DNA of 64,000 nt, taken from a virus. Shown in pieces: positions 9,579 to 20,032 of this stretch; the first letter of the stretch is position 1, and the number at the start of each line of letters is the position of its first letter. The position numbers were made by a program, and so were the translations under genes. The notes beneath the pieces were generated by a model. That model was not told where the DNA came from and ran no database searches. It saw nothing but the letters and a program-made list of their open reading frames with translations. The DNA is taken from positions 41,714-105,713 of IMG/VR virus record IMGVR_UViG_3300022700_000179. One strand, given 5' to 3'.

Positions 9579-9994
9579 TGACTAGCTATGATTTAGTGAG
9601 GGGATTGTTAAAGGAAGCCTCTCAACCATTTGGTATAAACAGCGTCAATCGGCTTGTGGGCAATCTCCGAGTGGCGGGTATACCTGACACTTTGGATCCT
9701 AAAAGTGAGAGAGTAGCTCGGCGTATACTTTCAGAAGCTATTAGTAGACAACAAAAGAAGCTAAGGACTGCAGACGCTGGCAGCACAAACAGTGCCACAG
9801 TAGTCCAATCTTCCAATACTGACGACCATTTTATAGAGATAGACGCCCTTATATCAGAGGGTAAATGCCCACGCTGTAAAACGCATATGGTAGATGTAAA
9901 ATTGGGTGGTTACAACCCTGACACGCGAGCGTACGAGCGTGGTATGTATTGCAAAGCCTGCCGCACGACACTGCCGATGAATTGGGGTAAGTAG
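9575..9994 (+). CDS. Zn-ribbon protein between terminase and portal
   Basis: CPRC...YCKACR. Confidence 0.6.
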   Translation: MMTSYDLVRGLLKEASQPFGINSVNRLVGNLRVAGIPDTLDPKSERVARRILSEAISRQQKKLRTADAGSTNSATVVQSSNTDDHFIEIDALISEGKCPRCKTHMVDVKLGGYNPDTRAYERGMYCKACRTTLPMNWGK

Positions 9995-10033
9995 CTCCTG
10001 CTCTCTACCTAACCAGTGCGCCGAGGTTGCTGA

Positions 10034-12373
10034 ATGTCTATGTTCCGAATTCGATATGATATGACCGAGGGTAGACGGCTGCGCCGAATACAAAATCGAC
10101 ATGCCGGATTTATGCGATCACACAGTGGTTCGCCTAAATCGAAAATGCGTCATGGGGCGGCTATGACCAACCTGACAGCACCCATGCTGGCAGGAGGTGG
10201 ATTACATCAGAGATACTCCCCAGTATGGGAACGTGCAGAGGATCCAACTCTAGCTGAAGATTTTCTGCCTGCCGATAGTCAAACTCAAAATAAAATATTT
10301 CGTAACTTAATAATGTTTGACGCCATTGCTGGACCAGCAACAGAGTATTGGAAAGATCTGGCGTTTTCACCGAATGTTATATTGAGCGGGCTGGATGATG
10401 ATAAGGTACTGCAATTTTACCAAGATGCGTTAGCTGCTAGTGGCATCTTGCCTATGATGCCTTCTTTGCTTTCTGACTACCTTACGTTTGGTAAGTTTGT
10501 GTTTCACATGCTTATGGATGAGAGCAAAGGTTATTGGTATGAGACCATTCCACATGATCTAGATTATGTGAGTATCAAAGTATCCCCAATACCTAGTATG
10601 CCTCCATTAATTGATTACCAGCCTAGCGAGGACCAGCGTGAGTGGGCAACCAGTTCCGATAATCGAGTGGTGGAACAGCGGCGGGATATGGACCCGGTTT
10701 TGGTAAACCTTCTCGCGTCTGGGCAGCCGATTCCTTTGGCCCCTGAGAATACCATGTTCCTCCCTAGGATGGTATTTGCAAATGATTACTACGGAACGTC
10801 TTATCTTACTCGTGTAATGCCTTTCAAGATATATGAGAAAGCTGTTTTAGACGCGTCCATTGCTGGAGCCCGTCGCCGGGCCGGGCCACTTTGGCATATT
10901 ACGGTATGGCCAGATGCATCAGACGATGAAATGTCTGAAATTTTAGATATGTTTTTTGCGGCGGAAGAAGACCCAATTGGGGGCAAGGTGGTGACCCGTG
11001 AAGGAGTTATAGTAAACTCATTAGGCGGAGGTTCTGGAGAATATTGGAAGCTTTCTGACGAGTGGTCTTTTTTATCAGAAGCAAAAATGCGGGCGTTGGG
11101 AATTTCTGAAACGTTTCTTACAGGCGAAGCAAACTGGAACTCGATGGAGGTTATCCTATCGACGTTCCTCGAGAAGGTTCGTGCTGTACGCAACTATTTC
11201 ACTCAGAAAATTATTCTAGAGAAGATTATATACCAGTTAGCTCAGATGCATGATATCCGTCACCGTTCCGAGGCGGAGTTAGCCCATCGTATCCGTACTG
11301 GTAAAAAGAGCCGGATTGATAGCCAGCCCGAGTTCAAGCTTCCATCCATTGAATGGGATAAGGCGCTTTCTCCAGTTGCAGATCAAGATTATATGGCGAT
11401 CCTGAACGAGTTGGAAGAGAAGGGATTACCAATTCCGATTCGGATGCGTGCTCAAGTGGCGGGGTTTGATATCGACAAAGCTATGAATTCGTTTGAGTCC
11501 GATTTGGAGACGCACAAAGAAATATACGAGCATAAAGTTGCGCTTGCTGAACTCAAAAAGCAGTACGGCTTTGATGATTCAGGTCAGTACACTGGCGGAG
11601 GCGGGGAGCTAGGCGGTGGTTTAGGTGAGCTAGGAGGTGGGTTGGGTGAGGGACTTGGTGGACTTGGTGGGGGTGAACTGGGAGGTGGAGAACTTGGGGG
11701 TGGGGGCGAACTTGGTGGAGGTGAACTGGGAGGTGGGGGAGGAGTTGAAGAGGTACCCCCATCGGCACCAGAGGGTGGACTTGAAGGTTTTGGGGCAGGA
11801 ACTGAGAAATCTAGATTCCCAGTTAAAAACCAGCACAAGAGGTTTGTTGGTAATACCAGACCACATGTGGTGAACAGCCTACTCGATCGAATTGCTTCAG
11901 TTCCTATTTGGGACGATCGTAAAGAGCTTTTTGGATTGACGCAGCGTAAGATTGCTAAGATATTAGACCGAATTGATAAAAGTGCTCCAGATATAGACCA
12001 CAGAAAACAGTTCGCCAGAAAAGTGTTTTCGAAGCTGAAGAGGAACGAGGGCTTAGATCGTAGGCAAGCACAGGTTGTGCAATATCTGGCATTTCGTTTG
12101 GGATTGGTACCCCCTGTCCCAATTCCAGAAGATGATTTTGAGCCTCTGAATAAGTACTTACTCGACAAGGTCCGTGAGGACGGATTGAGTAAAGAAATTA
12201 CAAAAGAGCTGAACTACGTCTCCCGTATTTCAGAGGCATGTGGTAGGGAGCACCCGTATCAAATCAAACATTCGGATTTCAATCCTGTGCTCACTCGGTT
12301 TGACCGGGCCCTTTCCGATAAACAAATTCTCACGGGTCTTACAACCAGTGTTTCTCCTTTTATTAAAGGATAG
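10034..12373 (+). CDS. Portal protein
   Basis: Follows TerL. Portal-like core (YYGTSYL..V, RALGISETFLTGEANW); Gly-rich linker and extra C-terminal domain. Confidence 0.75.
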   Translation: MSMFRIRYDMTEGRRLRRIQNRHAGFMRSHSGSPKSKMRHGAAMTNLTAPMLAGGGLHQRYSPVWERAEDPTLAEDFLPADSQTQNKIFRNLIMFDAIAGPATEYWKDLAFSPNVILSGLDDDKVLQFYQDALAASGILPMMPSLLSDYLTFGKFVFHMLMDESKGYWYETIPHDLDYVSIKVSPIPSMPPLIDYQPSEDQREWATSSDNRVVEQRRDMDPVLVNLLASGQPIPLAPENTMFLPRMVFANDYYGTSYLTRVMPFKIYEKAVLDASIAGARRRAGPLWHITVWPDASDDEMSEILDMFFAAEEDPIGGKVVTREGVIVNSLGGGSGEYWKLSDEWSFLSEAKMRALGISETFLTGEANWNSMEVILSTFLEKVRAVRNYFTQKIILEKIIYQLAQMHDIRHRSEAELAHRIRTGKKSRIDSQPEFKLPSIEWDKALSPVADQDYMAILNELEEKGLPIPIRMRAQVAGFDIDKAMNSFESDLETHKEIYEHKVALAELKKQYGFDDSGQYTGGGGELGGGLGELGGGLGEGLGGLGGGELGGGELGGGGELGGGELGGGGGVEEVPPSAPEGGLEGFGAGTEKSRFPVKNQHKRFVGNTRPHVVNSLLDRIASVPIWDDRKELFGLTQRKIAKILDRIDKSAPDIDHRKQFARKVFSKLKRNEGLDRRQAQVVQYLAFRLGLVPPVPIPEDDFEPLNKYLLDKVREDGLSKEITKELNYVSRISEACGREHPYQIKHSDFNPVLTRFDRALSDKQILTGLTTSVSPFIKG
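11594..11744 (+). repeat. Gly-rich (GGEL/GGGL)n coding repeat in portal
   Basis: GGGGELGGGLGELGGGLGEGLGGLGGGELGGGELGGGGELGGGELGGGGG. Confidence 0.85.
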
Positions 12374-12378
12374 CTAAG

Positions 12379-12822
12379 ATGCAGAAGAGAATAGCCCAAG
12401 ATCCTTTGGAAGAATTAGGAGATGCAGGACTAGCAGAATTAGAAGACATCGCTAAGGAGCAAGAGGTACCAGGTGAGCCGGTGCCTGCTCCCGACGAATC
12501 AGAGATGGTCAAGGAAATCTCTGAGCATCCGAGTACAAAATGGCGGGAATATTTACAACCAATTATTCGTGCAATAAAGGCACAGTTAGGTGGTGTACCT
12601 GTATCTTTGGTGGACCCGGACATCTCTAACGACTACGTCTCCCCCCAGTTTGGTTTTAATATTACAGGGTATATCAATTTCCCTAAAGGTAGACCCGATG
12701 ATGTAAGGTCGGAGTTTGGGGACTCCCCTATCCGGTTTGAGGTTTATATCGGGCCGCCAGATTACGACATCCATTATCCAGTAGAACTCTATAGTGCAGA
12801 AGATGTAGTTAACTCTATATAA
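12379..12822 (+). CDS. Hypothetical head-module protein
   Basis: SD AAGGA, operon context. Confidence 0.55.
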   Translation: MQKRIAQDPLEELGDAGLAELEDIAKEQEVPGEPVPAPDESEMVKEISEHPSTKWREYLQPIIRAIKAQLGGVPVSLVDPDISNDYVSPQFGFNITGYINFPKGRPDDVRSEFGDSPIRFEVYIGPPDYDIHYPVELYSAEDVVNSI

Positions 12823-12855
12823 GAGTCTTTTACAAGAGACGGGGATCAGGTTCAA

Positions 12856-13254
12856 ATGCCTAAATGGAATCGTGTATGGCGCAATGTCAATGATCAGTGT
12901 CCACAATCTTGTATAAATTTTACTAATCCGGCTTTACGGCAGCAGTCCGTAGTACTAGATCAGTTTCCGTCTACTGTAGACAATATGTCGCAAGCTATGC
13001 GGATTGTAGCTGAGGGGATTGCTGAACGTGTTGGTGGAAAATCTATTGTTGTTAAGTCCGAATCTGAGCGTATACATGACGTTAGCATGCGTCTATCGAG
13101 GGATGTAGCTAGTTTGGTTTCTATAAATTTTAGTTTTGGTGCCCAAGCAAACTATCCAGTAGAGGTTACTTATAACTATAGGGATGACTCTGGTACCGCT
13201 AAATTCGGTGATATAGCTGAGGTGGTAGAATGGCTGGCCGTCCGCTTAAGGTAA
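12856..13254 (+). CDS. Hypothetical head-module protein
   Basis: Operon context; TAATG overlap with the next gene. Confidence 0.55.
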   Translation: MPKWNRVWRNVNDQCPQSCINFTNPALRQQSVVLDQFPSTVDNMSQAMRIVAEGIAERVGGKSIVVKSESERIHDVSMRLSRDVASLVSINFSFGAQANYPVEVTYNYRDDSGTAKFGDIAEVVEWLAVRLR

Positions 13255-13481
13255 TGGAAGTCTTGTCCAATTCACCACCAAAAAAGTTAGTATATAAAGG
13301 GCGTACTTACGTTCTTGCTAAGACACGAGAAGACTTAATGTGGGAACAGGTAGAGAGACTTTTGTCTCAAATGTTAAACACGGTCAAGTCGGATCGTCCT
13401 TCGATTAGCAAAAAGAGCGGAGTCGCCGGTACATATCAAGAGCTTAAGGTCTTCCTCAAAGATCTAGGCGTCACGCTCTAG
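13254..13481 (+). CDS. Small protein carrying the YKG motif
   Basis: TAATG-coupled start; PPKKLVYKGRTYVLA at 13275-13319. Confidence 0.6.
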   Translation: MEVLSNSPPKKLVYKGRTYVLAKTREDLMWEQVERLLSQMLNTVKSDRPSISKKSGVAGTYQELKVFLKDLGVTL

Positions 13482-13564
13482 CTTCAACTCACACACCTCT
13501 CTGCCGCGACATTATCTGAATTACCAGACTGGTGTGTTGTATACCTGCAACATCAGGAGGTCTC

Positions 13565-15874
13565 ATGGCAACAGAGGGTAAAACGAGAGATGGACCGTCA
13601 ATGACTCCAGAGGAGAAATACGCCTCTGAGTTGCTTGATACGGCGGCAAAGAAAAAGAATAAAAAACCCAAAAAGAAAAAGAAGACTGACCACGAAACCA
13701 ACGTCCAGAAGTTTTTGCGTGACTTCTTCGAATTAGGGAAACCTAAGAAGAAGACCAAGAAAACTAGTCCCGGACTACCTGGTTTGTATTGGAGAGGGGT
13801 CGAAGATTCACCCTTCTCTTATCAACCCGGTGGTGATGGTGGAGGGGATGGTGGGGGCGGTGGAAATGGTGGGTCGGCTGCGAGTGTTGCCGAGACCGAG
13901 GAGGAATTGATGCGCCAGCTCCGAAAGAAGATGGATCTAAAGGGCAAAAAGGCGGGTGGAGAGAACCCCTATGTTGGTTGGGATAATCTTCCTAAGGGAT
14001 GGACCAAAGAGTCCGTAGAGAAGTTCTGGGGTTCCCTGACTGGTGATCATGAGCACAAGTTCACAGAGTGCAGGAAGAAAATGGAAGGGAACGTAGACGA
14101 TCCCGATGCTTTCTGTGCGTCGTTAAAGGATATGATGAAGGGTACTGAAGAGTGGCGGGGTAAAGGCAAAGGCGCTGCTAGTACCTCTTCACGACCGTAT
14201 AGTGCTGATTCACTCGATGAAATGGGCTTCGATCCTGGACGTGCTCAAAACGAGTTCCGCCAAGAAACTGGACCGGTAGAAGAAGCCATCCAAATCGAAG
14301 AAACCCCACCTACTGAAGTCGATCCCGAAGAAGTTGAGCCCGTTGACATGGAGGACGTATCTGCGAATCCTCCCCAAAGGGCAGATATGGCATCAGGAGA
14401 AGAGACACAGAACGTGCCCGACGGGCCAGAAGCAATGGAGGATCCGCAGATGCAAATCCACAAGGGAACCGAAGAAATTTTTGAAGTAGATCCAAGTATG
14501 GTTGAGGAGCTAAACGTAGCCGTTGACCTGGAAGTTGGCGAGGACGATGAGGATGATTACGCGTCGCCTGTCCCGAGTGAAGGGGATGAGATGGAAGCCG
14601 TAGAGGACGAGGAGGATGACCTGCTCGGTGACGAAGAAATTCCAGAGGTAAGCGACGAGGAAGTCGAGTACGAGCTGGAGATGGAGGCTCCTGAGGAAGA
14701 TTTGGGCGAGATGGAGGAGGAAGATGAGCTGGAGGAGGCGTGCGGATCGAGAGGGGATCGCGCGAAGCTGTATAATTCTGAGCAGCCTGTCCTTGTAAAG
14801 GAAGATGATGTTGAAGTTGTTGATGAGGGACGTGGACACGCCGGTGCAACCCCTGATTCCCCGCCGACTACCTTAGAGCCCGAAGATGCGGAGGCTCCTA
14901 CACTCCCACAAAGCGACATCAAGGTACCTGCGATCGATCCTGCGGAAAAAGAGAGCACTGACGTGGTGTATGAGGTCGTAGTGCCTGCGTCGTCTTTAAC
15001 GGACGAGTCGATCGATCGTATCGAGTTGGCACGCTACGGCGAGAACTCAGACGATCCAATGTATATCGTCCTCTTGGACGGCGATCCCGTTGCTAAGATT
15101 GCACTTTCAGACCAAAACCTCCCCGATGAGCACCGAGAGACCTTCCTCGATGACAACTATCCCAACTTTGTCCTTGAGGGCATGGAGCAGTTTGGTGTCC
15201 AGGCGACTTTGAAGACGGTTAACGCCCGTTTCTACGCGGCCCGTGCAAATGAGGGTGAAGTAGCCGAGTCGGTTAAGGCCCGTGTCGCCTCTGAGATGCA
15301 CGAGGCGCGGCAGGTAGAGATCGGTCGGTTGAAAGACGATCTGCTGAATGTGGCCTCGGTAGTTCTGCAGGGAACTATGAAAAATTACCTGTTGGACAAC
15401 CCCCTGCGTGATGCACTGATCTCACGGTTCCATCGTGCCGGTGTGGATCCCAGTGCTGCGGTTGACGAAATTGACGATGCCTTCCGTTCAGCTGGCCAGG
15501 ATTTCTTCAACACAGTTCTTGAAACAGCTGACGAGTGGCTCGGCCTCCCCAAGGAAGCCCTTGAGCACCATGTCCAGAAAATTCAGGAAATGTCGCATAG
15601 ACATCCTGGATACGACATGGTTCAGGGTTACAACGAGGACGACATCCCCGAAGCAGTCGAGCCCACCCCGGAACCTCGTCAGTATGCTGCACAGGCGGCT
15701 GCACCTGCCCCAAGTGTGCCCAAGAACGTTCCCTTGCGCAGCGCGGCCCCACGAGCACCCTCCGGTGGTGGATTCAAGCAGGATAAAGAGTATTGGAAGC
15801 GTCAGCTGAACCTCAGCGGTCGTGTAGCGAACGCTTCTTTGGCTCAGTATCAGCTCCGTAACCCCAAACAGTAG
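13565..15874 (+). CDS. Acidic scaffold/prohead core-like protein
   Basis: AGGAGG SD, very D/E-rich centre, helical C-terminus, located between portal and protease, followed by a strong hairpin. Confidence 0.55.
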   Translation: MATEGKTRDGPSMTPEEKYASELLDTAAKKKNKKPKKKKKTDHETNVQKFLRDFFELGKPKKKTKKTSPGLPGLYWRGVEDSPFSYQPGGDGGGDGGGGGNGGSAASVAETEEELMRQLRKKMDLKGKKAGGENPYVGWDNLPKGWTKESVEKFWGSLTGDHEHKFTECRKKMEGNVDDPDAFCASLKDMMKGTEEWRGKGKGAASTSSRPYSADSLDEMGFDPGRAQNEFRQETGPVEEAIQIEETPPTEVDPEEVEPVDMEDVSANPPQRADMASGEETQNVPDGPEAMEDPQMQIHKGTEEIFEVDPSMVEELNVAVDLEVGEDDEDDYASPVPSEGDEMEAVEDEEDDLLGDEEIPEVSDEEVEYELEMEAPEEDLGEMEEEDELEEACGSRGDRAKLYNSEQPVLVKEDDVEVVDEGRGHAGATPDSPPTTLEPEDAEAPTLPQSDIKVPAIDPAEKESTDVVYEVVVPASSLTDESIDRIELARYGENSDDPMYIVLLDGDPVAKIALSDQNLPDEHRETFLDDNYPNFVLEGMEQFGVQATLKTVNARFYAARANEGEVAESVKARVASEMHEARQVEIGRLKDDLLNVASVVLQGTMKNYLLDNPLRDALISRFHRAGVDPSAAVDEIDDAFRSAGQDFFNTVLETADEWLGLPKEALEHHVQKIQEMSHRHPGYDMVQGYNEDDIPEAVEPTPEPRQYAAQAAAPAPSVPKNVPLRSAAPRAPSGGGFKQDKEYWKRQLNLSGRVANASLAQYQLRNPKQ

Positions 15875-15903
15875 TCTTTGATTTTTAGTCGTGCTCTGCA
15901 CGC

Positions 15904-15937
15904 GGAGGCAGGGTTGAATCCAACCCTGCCTCCTTTG
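15904..15937 (+). terminator. Hairpin/terminator after the scaffold-like gene
   Basis: GGAGGCAGGGTTG-AATC-CAACCCTGCCTCC-TTT, a 13-bp perfect stem. Confidence 0.7.
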
Positions 15938-15966
15938 GAGGGCGCGAGCCACAAGGAGCAGTTTGG

Positions 15967-16797
15967 ATGTTGACTCTTCCCAATATATATACAAGCTCTC
16001 ACAGAATAGTTTCTAGCGGTCGCGGGATACATGTTGGTGACACTTTCTTTTCCCAAACACAGAATGGGGACATATATTACGATGAGCCTAATTTTATAGA
16101 GGGCCATCGGCTAGAAACGCTTCGCGCAAACGGCGGTTCTAGCATACGTATAGCTGGAACAGAACTAGGCAAAGTATCACAAAACTGTGCTTGCGGTTTT
16201 TTGGACGTGTCATGGTTACCTTTGGCCGCGAAAGCGTACAAGATAAGTCCCGATATTAAAGATTATGTCTTGGTAGACATCCCAATTGTACTGGCGAACG
16301 TACCTAATAGAAACGGCGACTGCTTTACTTACAAAGAACTCACTACCTTCCGTCCAATTATTGGCATGCCGGCGTTCAAGACGTTCTATGGCAAGCCCGC
16401 ACACCAGGATCACGATAATATGGATCCGACGCGTGCAAAGGGGGTTATTTTCGATGCAACACTTACCCCCTTCCGCGGCGTTTGGCATGTAAAAATACTA
16501 AAAGGCTTCGACCGTACCAAGGATCCGCGTCTTGCAAAACTGGTTCGCCAGAAATCACGCATTGGCCATTCAATGGGTGCGTTGGTTGAGCGGACTGAAT
16601 GCGGGTTACCATGGTGTAACTTCCATTCAGATGGGCGTATAACTTGTGACCATATTAATGGAGGTCAGGGTAAGGGGGATATTATTAAGGGACATCTAGT
16701 CTATGAGAACATGATGGACTACTATTTTGTGGAATGTAGTTCAGTAGAAGATCCAGCATATCCGATCGCTCTTTCTCGAGAAATATGGGGAGTGTAA
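15967..16797 (+). CDS. Prohead maturation protease (HK97/herpes-type fold, putative)
   Basis: PNRNGDCF, KTFYGKP..QDH (His), HSMGA (Ser), ECSSVEDPA; head-module position. Confidence 0.7.
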   Translation: MLTLPNIYTSSHRIVSSGRGIHVGDTFFSQTQNGDIYYDEPNFIEGHRLETLRANGGSSIRIAGTELGKVSQNCACGFLDVSWLPLAAKAYKISPDIKDYVLVDIPIVLANVPNRNGDCFTYKELTTFRPIIGMPAFKTFYGKPAHQDHDNMDPTRAKGVIFDATLTPFRGVWHVKILKGFDRTKDPRLAKLVRQKSRIGHSMGALVERTECGLPWCNFHSDGRITCDHINGGQGKGDIIKGHLVYENMMDYYFVECSSVEDPAYPIALSREIWGV

Positions 16798-16801
16798 CGA
16801 A

Positions 16802-17689
16802 ATGAATCCTCCGTCCCAGATAAAGTATAAGGGCACCATTTACAAGCTTAGATCTGCAGGGGATGTTCAGGTCTCTCCGGGCAGTCCAGTGGGACCGGAG
16901 GGGGTATTATTGATTGAACGTCAATACCCTACGGAATCTCGGGCATTGTATATCGACAACGATGGTGATTTCTTTGCCAAAATAAAGCTCAATTGGCACA
17001 AGAGTAATGTGTTTGACGAGTTAACATTTGATCTTTCTCCGGCAGGAGCGAAAGAGTTTTTTGATAGCCTCAAAACAGAAAGTGACGGTAAGCTGAGCGC
17101 TAAGATACCGGACGAGCAAGTTAGGCAATTGTGGGGGCCAGCTGTGCCAAAAACGCCGGAGGGTGTGGATCCCAAAAAAGTCATAGATGTAAGTGGGCAC
17201 TACATAAAGGTATCTGATCTTCCGGCTGACATAAAGCGGGAAGCTGCATACACATTTGAGGGTCTTCTTCGGGAAGAATTGGCAAGTATAAGTAAAATAG
17301 AAGGTCGATTCTGCTCCGATCCTTTTAGCGTAATGGGCTTGCGCTACAATGTTCCAGAACATGTAGTTCAGCTGTTTGCAGAGACGCTTACAAACGCTAT
17401 GAACGAGTATTTAAGAGAGCAATTCAACACACAGGCTACGGTAGACATAAATGTAGCGGACTCCTGTGGTCCTGTAGACGGGCATGGGGGTATATACGTA
17501 TTCGGTAATGGTAGAGAGGAACTTAATAACTTACGTGTACATTTAGAGGGGAACGTTTTGTTACCTGTATGGCGGGAAGTGTGGAATAGGTATCAGCAGG
17601 GAGAGATACCTGTTGGAGAAAAGCAAAGAGCGTTGGCTTCTTTCAAAGTCAAAGTACTAGCTGCAGTTCGTCCGGAGAACGGTCAGTAG
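16802..17689 (+). CDS. Hypothetical protein with N-terminal YKG motif
   Basis: MNPPSQIKYKGTIYKLRSA. Confidence 0.6.
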   Translation: MNPPSQIKYKGTIYKLRSAGDVQVSPGSPVGPEGVLLIERQYPTESRALYIDNDGDFFAKIKLNWHKSNVFDELTFDLSPAGAKEFFDSLKTESDGKLSAKIPDEQVRQLWGPAVPKTPEGVDPKKVIDVSGHYIKVSDLPADIKREAAYTFEGLLREELASISKIEGRFCSDPFSVMGLRYNVPEHVVQLFAETLTNAMNEYLREQFNTQATVDINVADSCGPVDGHGGIYVFGNGREELNNLRVHLEGNVLLPVWREVWNRYQQGEIPVGEKQRALASFKVKVLAAVRPENGQ

Positions 17690-17702
17690 GAGATACAGAA
17701 TC

Positions 17703-18446
17703 ATGACACAAAAGACAAAAAATAGTGATTTGTCATTTAGCGAGCTTCTAAACCTGACTTCCGTTTCTGCGGCTAAAGGTGACAAGAAAAATAAGGTTAA
17801 GGACGAGCGGCAACCTGGATCAATTCCGGACGACATACGCCGTAGAATGAGTGATCCACTAGCCGATATTTTTTCAGAAAAGGGAATGGATCTCTACGGA
17901 AAAGCCGTTTCTGCTATACAGAAAGAGTTAAAACAAATATTCGACGAGGGTATTTCAGACCTCAGCTCTGTTATCCACAAAAAGCTTGGTGAGTTTGGGT
18001 ACGAGGAGTCGGTAGATCATTTCCGTCCCTGGATGTCTTCGATAATCGATGATGTCAAGGAAAAGGGAATGGGAGAGGTAACTGGTGCCCTTGAGGATAT
18101 GCTGAGTCAGATGTCAACGGATTACGCAGAGGGCGAAGAAGAAACCGAGGGTGATGCACTACTGAGTGTAGATACCCCTGAAGTTGGCGACGAAGAGGTA
18201 GAGGTCGTTGAAGAGGAGAAGGTGGAAGAACCGGAAGAACCGGAAGCAGCTCCAGAGGGTGGCGAGGAGTTGGACTTAGGTTCCCTTCTAGGTGGAGAGG
18301 AGACCCCTGCAGCTGAAGCGTCCAGCAGTGGTGAGCGTAGATATAAACCCACGCCAGTTGTCAAGGAAGTTTTTGCGTCTTCTCGTAGGCGCCATCGCCT
18401 TTTGGAAGCGGCTTCTAATTGCCTTGATGAGTTGGACCGCGACTAA
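17703..18446 (+). CDS. Hypothetical acidic protein
   Basis: AGGAG SD; E-rich tract. Confidence 0.6.
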   Translation: MTQKTKNSDLSFSELLNLTSVSAAKGDKKNKVKDERQPGSIPDDIRRRMSDPLADIFSEKGMDLYGKAVSAIQKELKQIFDEGISDLSSVIHKKLGEFGYEESVDHFRPWMSSIIDDVKEKGMGEVTGALEDMLSQMSTDYAEGEEETEGDALLSVDTPEVGDEEVEVVEEEKVEEPEEPEAAPEGGEELDLGSLLGGEETPAAEASSSGERRYKPTPVVKEVFASSRRRHRLLEAASNCLDELDRD

Positions 18447-18458
18447 TCCAGGAGGCAA

Positions 18459-18935
18459 GTGATGCCCAAGATTCCAGAGGAGATACAGTATAAAGGGTGC
18501 CGCTACGTATTAGCTGGGCGTAAACGTGGGCGCAAATCTGCTACTATTAAGGACAGTGGCTACCGACACGATGGCATCTTGTTTTACATAAATGTTCTCT
18601 GCCGAAGTAAGACAGGGAACGACTTGCCGTCTAGATTTGCAACTAGAGTAAATACAATCCCGGAAGGTATCTCACTTAATGAGCAGGAAACCGTAGCTGC
18701 GAAAAAAGCCATTGGAGATAGTGGCAAAAAGAAAGACAGCAATCTGTGGCACATACTAGTACGAGATGAGGGTTGGTTTTGGGCGGATGATCCTAAGAGT
18801 GTACAAAACGCTGTACCGATCCAGCAGACGTTGGATCTCGTTGAAAAGTATCGCGAGTGGGACCGCCCAGGAACCAATCCTTTAATCTATGCGGAGATCG
18901 TCACAAAAGTTGTTGGCGGCCGTAAAAGGGATTAG
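18459..18935 (+). CDS. Hypothetical protein with N-terminal YKG motif
   Basis: AGGAGG SD; IPEEIQYKGCRYVLA. Confidence 0.6.
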   Translation: MMPKIPEEIQYKGCRYVLAGRKRGRKSATIKDSGYRHDGILFYINVLCRSKTGNDLPSRFATRVNTIPEGISLNEQETVAAKKAIGDSGKKKDSNLWHILVRDEGWFWADDPKSVQNAVPIQQTLDLVEKYREWDRPGTNPLIYAEIVTKVVGGRKRD

Positions 18936-18938
18936 TAC

Positions 18939-19994
18939 GTGTTAGTAGTCTCCTCTGACAATTTCTCTGACTACGTCAAGGAATACGATCGCCGTGTTCT
19001 TGAGGGAATCAGTAAGAAAAATGAGGGAGAATATGGTGGTATAGACTTGATTGTTGAGGATTGGGGTGGGTCTCCCACTTTCCCAGGTATCGCACTCCTC
19101 ATTAAAAGATTCGACTTGAATCTGCCTAGTACGGTAGAGGAACTGCAAGAAGATTTTGATGATGTGGCCGATCTGATTAGCTCGTTAGAGTTTAAGGTAA
19201 TGAATAAAGTAGTTCGGCCTATTAACAATCTCAGTGAGGTAACAAGGGTAGGGGGCGTTTACTCCGTTGGATGGGATGGAAGAAAACTAGCTCTTATGTT
19301 CAATGCCGGCCCATCTGAGGTAGAAGATCTAATGTCGGTGAAGGATAGGATAAACGTTGCTACTACACAGCAAGAAAATGCTGAGCTGCTCCGATGTGTA
19401 CGTTCAGCGGTAGACCACATTAAGTCCGCGGACCTCGGCAGAGCTTCAGAGGTAGATGCTCAGCACCTCAATGAGGCAATAGACATACTCGAAATATGTG
19501 GACTTTCAGACAAAACTAAGGACGTACGGTTGGCGCTCAAGAGTTTTGACAGCAACATAGAATCCGCTAGAGAGTATATTTATGGCCCTACTGGCCATGG
19601 CACAAACCGTGGCGCCCTGTACGATTTAATCACTTTCGCTGAGTCCCTCGAGAAAAATGTTGAGTCCGGACCGTTAGAGCAAGGTAATTCCAGGAGTCTT
19701 CTAATGCACCCGATTTCGCCTTACATCGTCTATCAAGGTTCGGTATACAAGAAGGTAGCTTACGACCTCCCTAAGGATATGAAAGGCGTAGAAAAATGTA
19801 AGCCCGAGGATTTTGATCCTAAGCGTGATCCTGCCGACCAAGAATGGTGTACGTACAGTTACGACGGTAAACTGCGCGGTCGTTTTAGAAAGAAGAAGGA
19901 CGCGTTACAGCACAAAGTATTTTTGATTAACATGTATTGGCAGAAGGGAAAGGGCAAGAATAAACCTAAGGGTAAATATTGGCGTAAGAAGTAG
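18939..19994 (+). CDS. Modular protein with internal YQG motif and C-terminal EKC..WC..YDG module
   Basis: PYIVYQGSVYKKVA at 19719-19760; C-terminal module shared with the 27441 ORF. Confidence 0.6.
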   Translation: MLVVSSDNFSDYVKEYDRRVLEGISKKNEGEYGGIDLIVEDWGGSPTFPGIALLIKRFDLNLPSTVEELQEDFDDVADLISSLEFKVMNKVVRPINNLSEVTRVGGVYSVGWDGRKLALMFNAGPSEVEDLMSVKDRINVATTQQENAELLRCVRSAVDHIKSADLGRASEVDAQHLNEAIDILEICGLSDKTKDVRLALKSFDSNIESAREYIYGPTGHGTNRGALYDLITFAESLEKNVESGPLEQGNSRSLLMHPISPYIVYQGSVYKKVAYDLPKDMKGVEKCKPEDFDPKRDPADQEWCTYSYDGKLRGRFRKKKDALQHKVFLINMYWQKGKGKNKPKGKYWRKK

Positions 19995-20032
19995 CTGGCT
20001 ACTTCACTTCATCCATCCGACAAAGTATATAC

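Noticed and set aside
17170-17220. PKKVIDVSGHYIKVS (16802 ORF) and ITIDNQVYSLS (992 ORF) as further tag copies
   Set aside because: They lack the aromatic-x-G core; too degenerate to count without a profile score.
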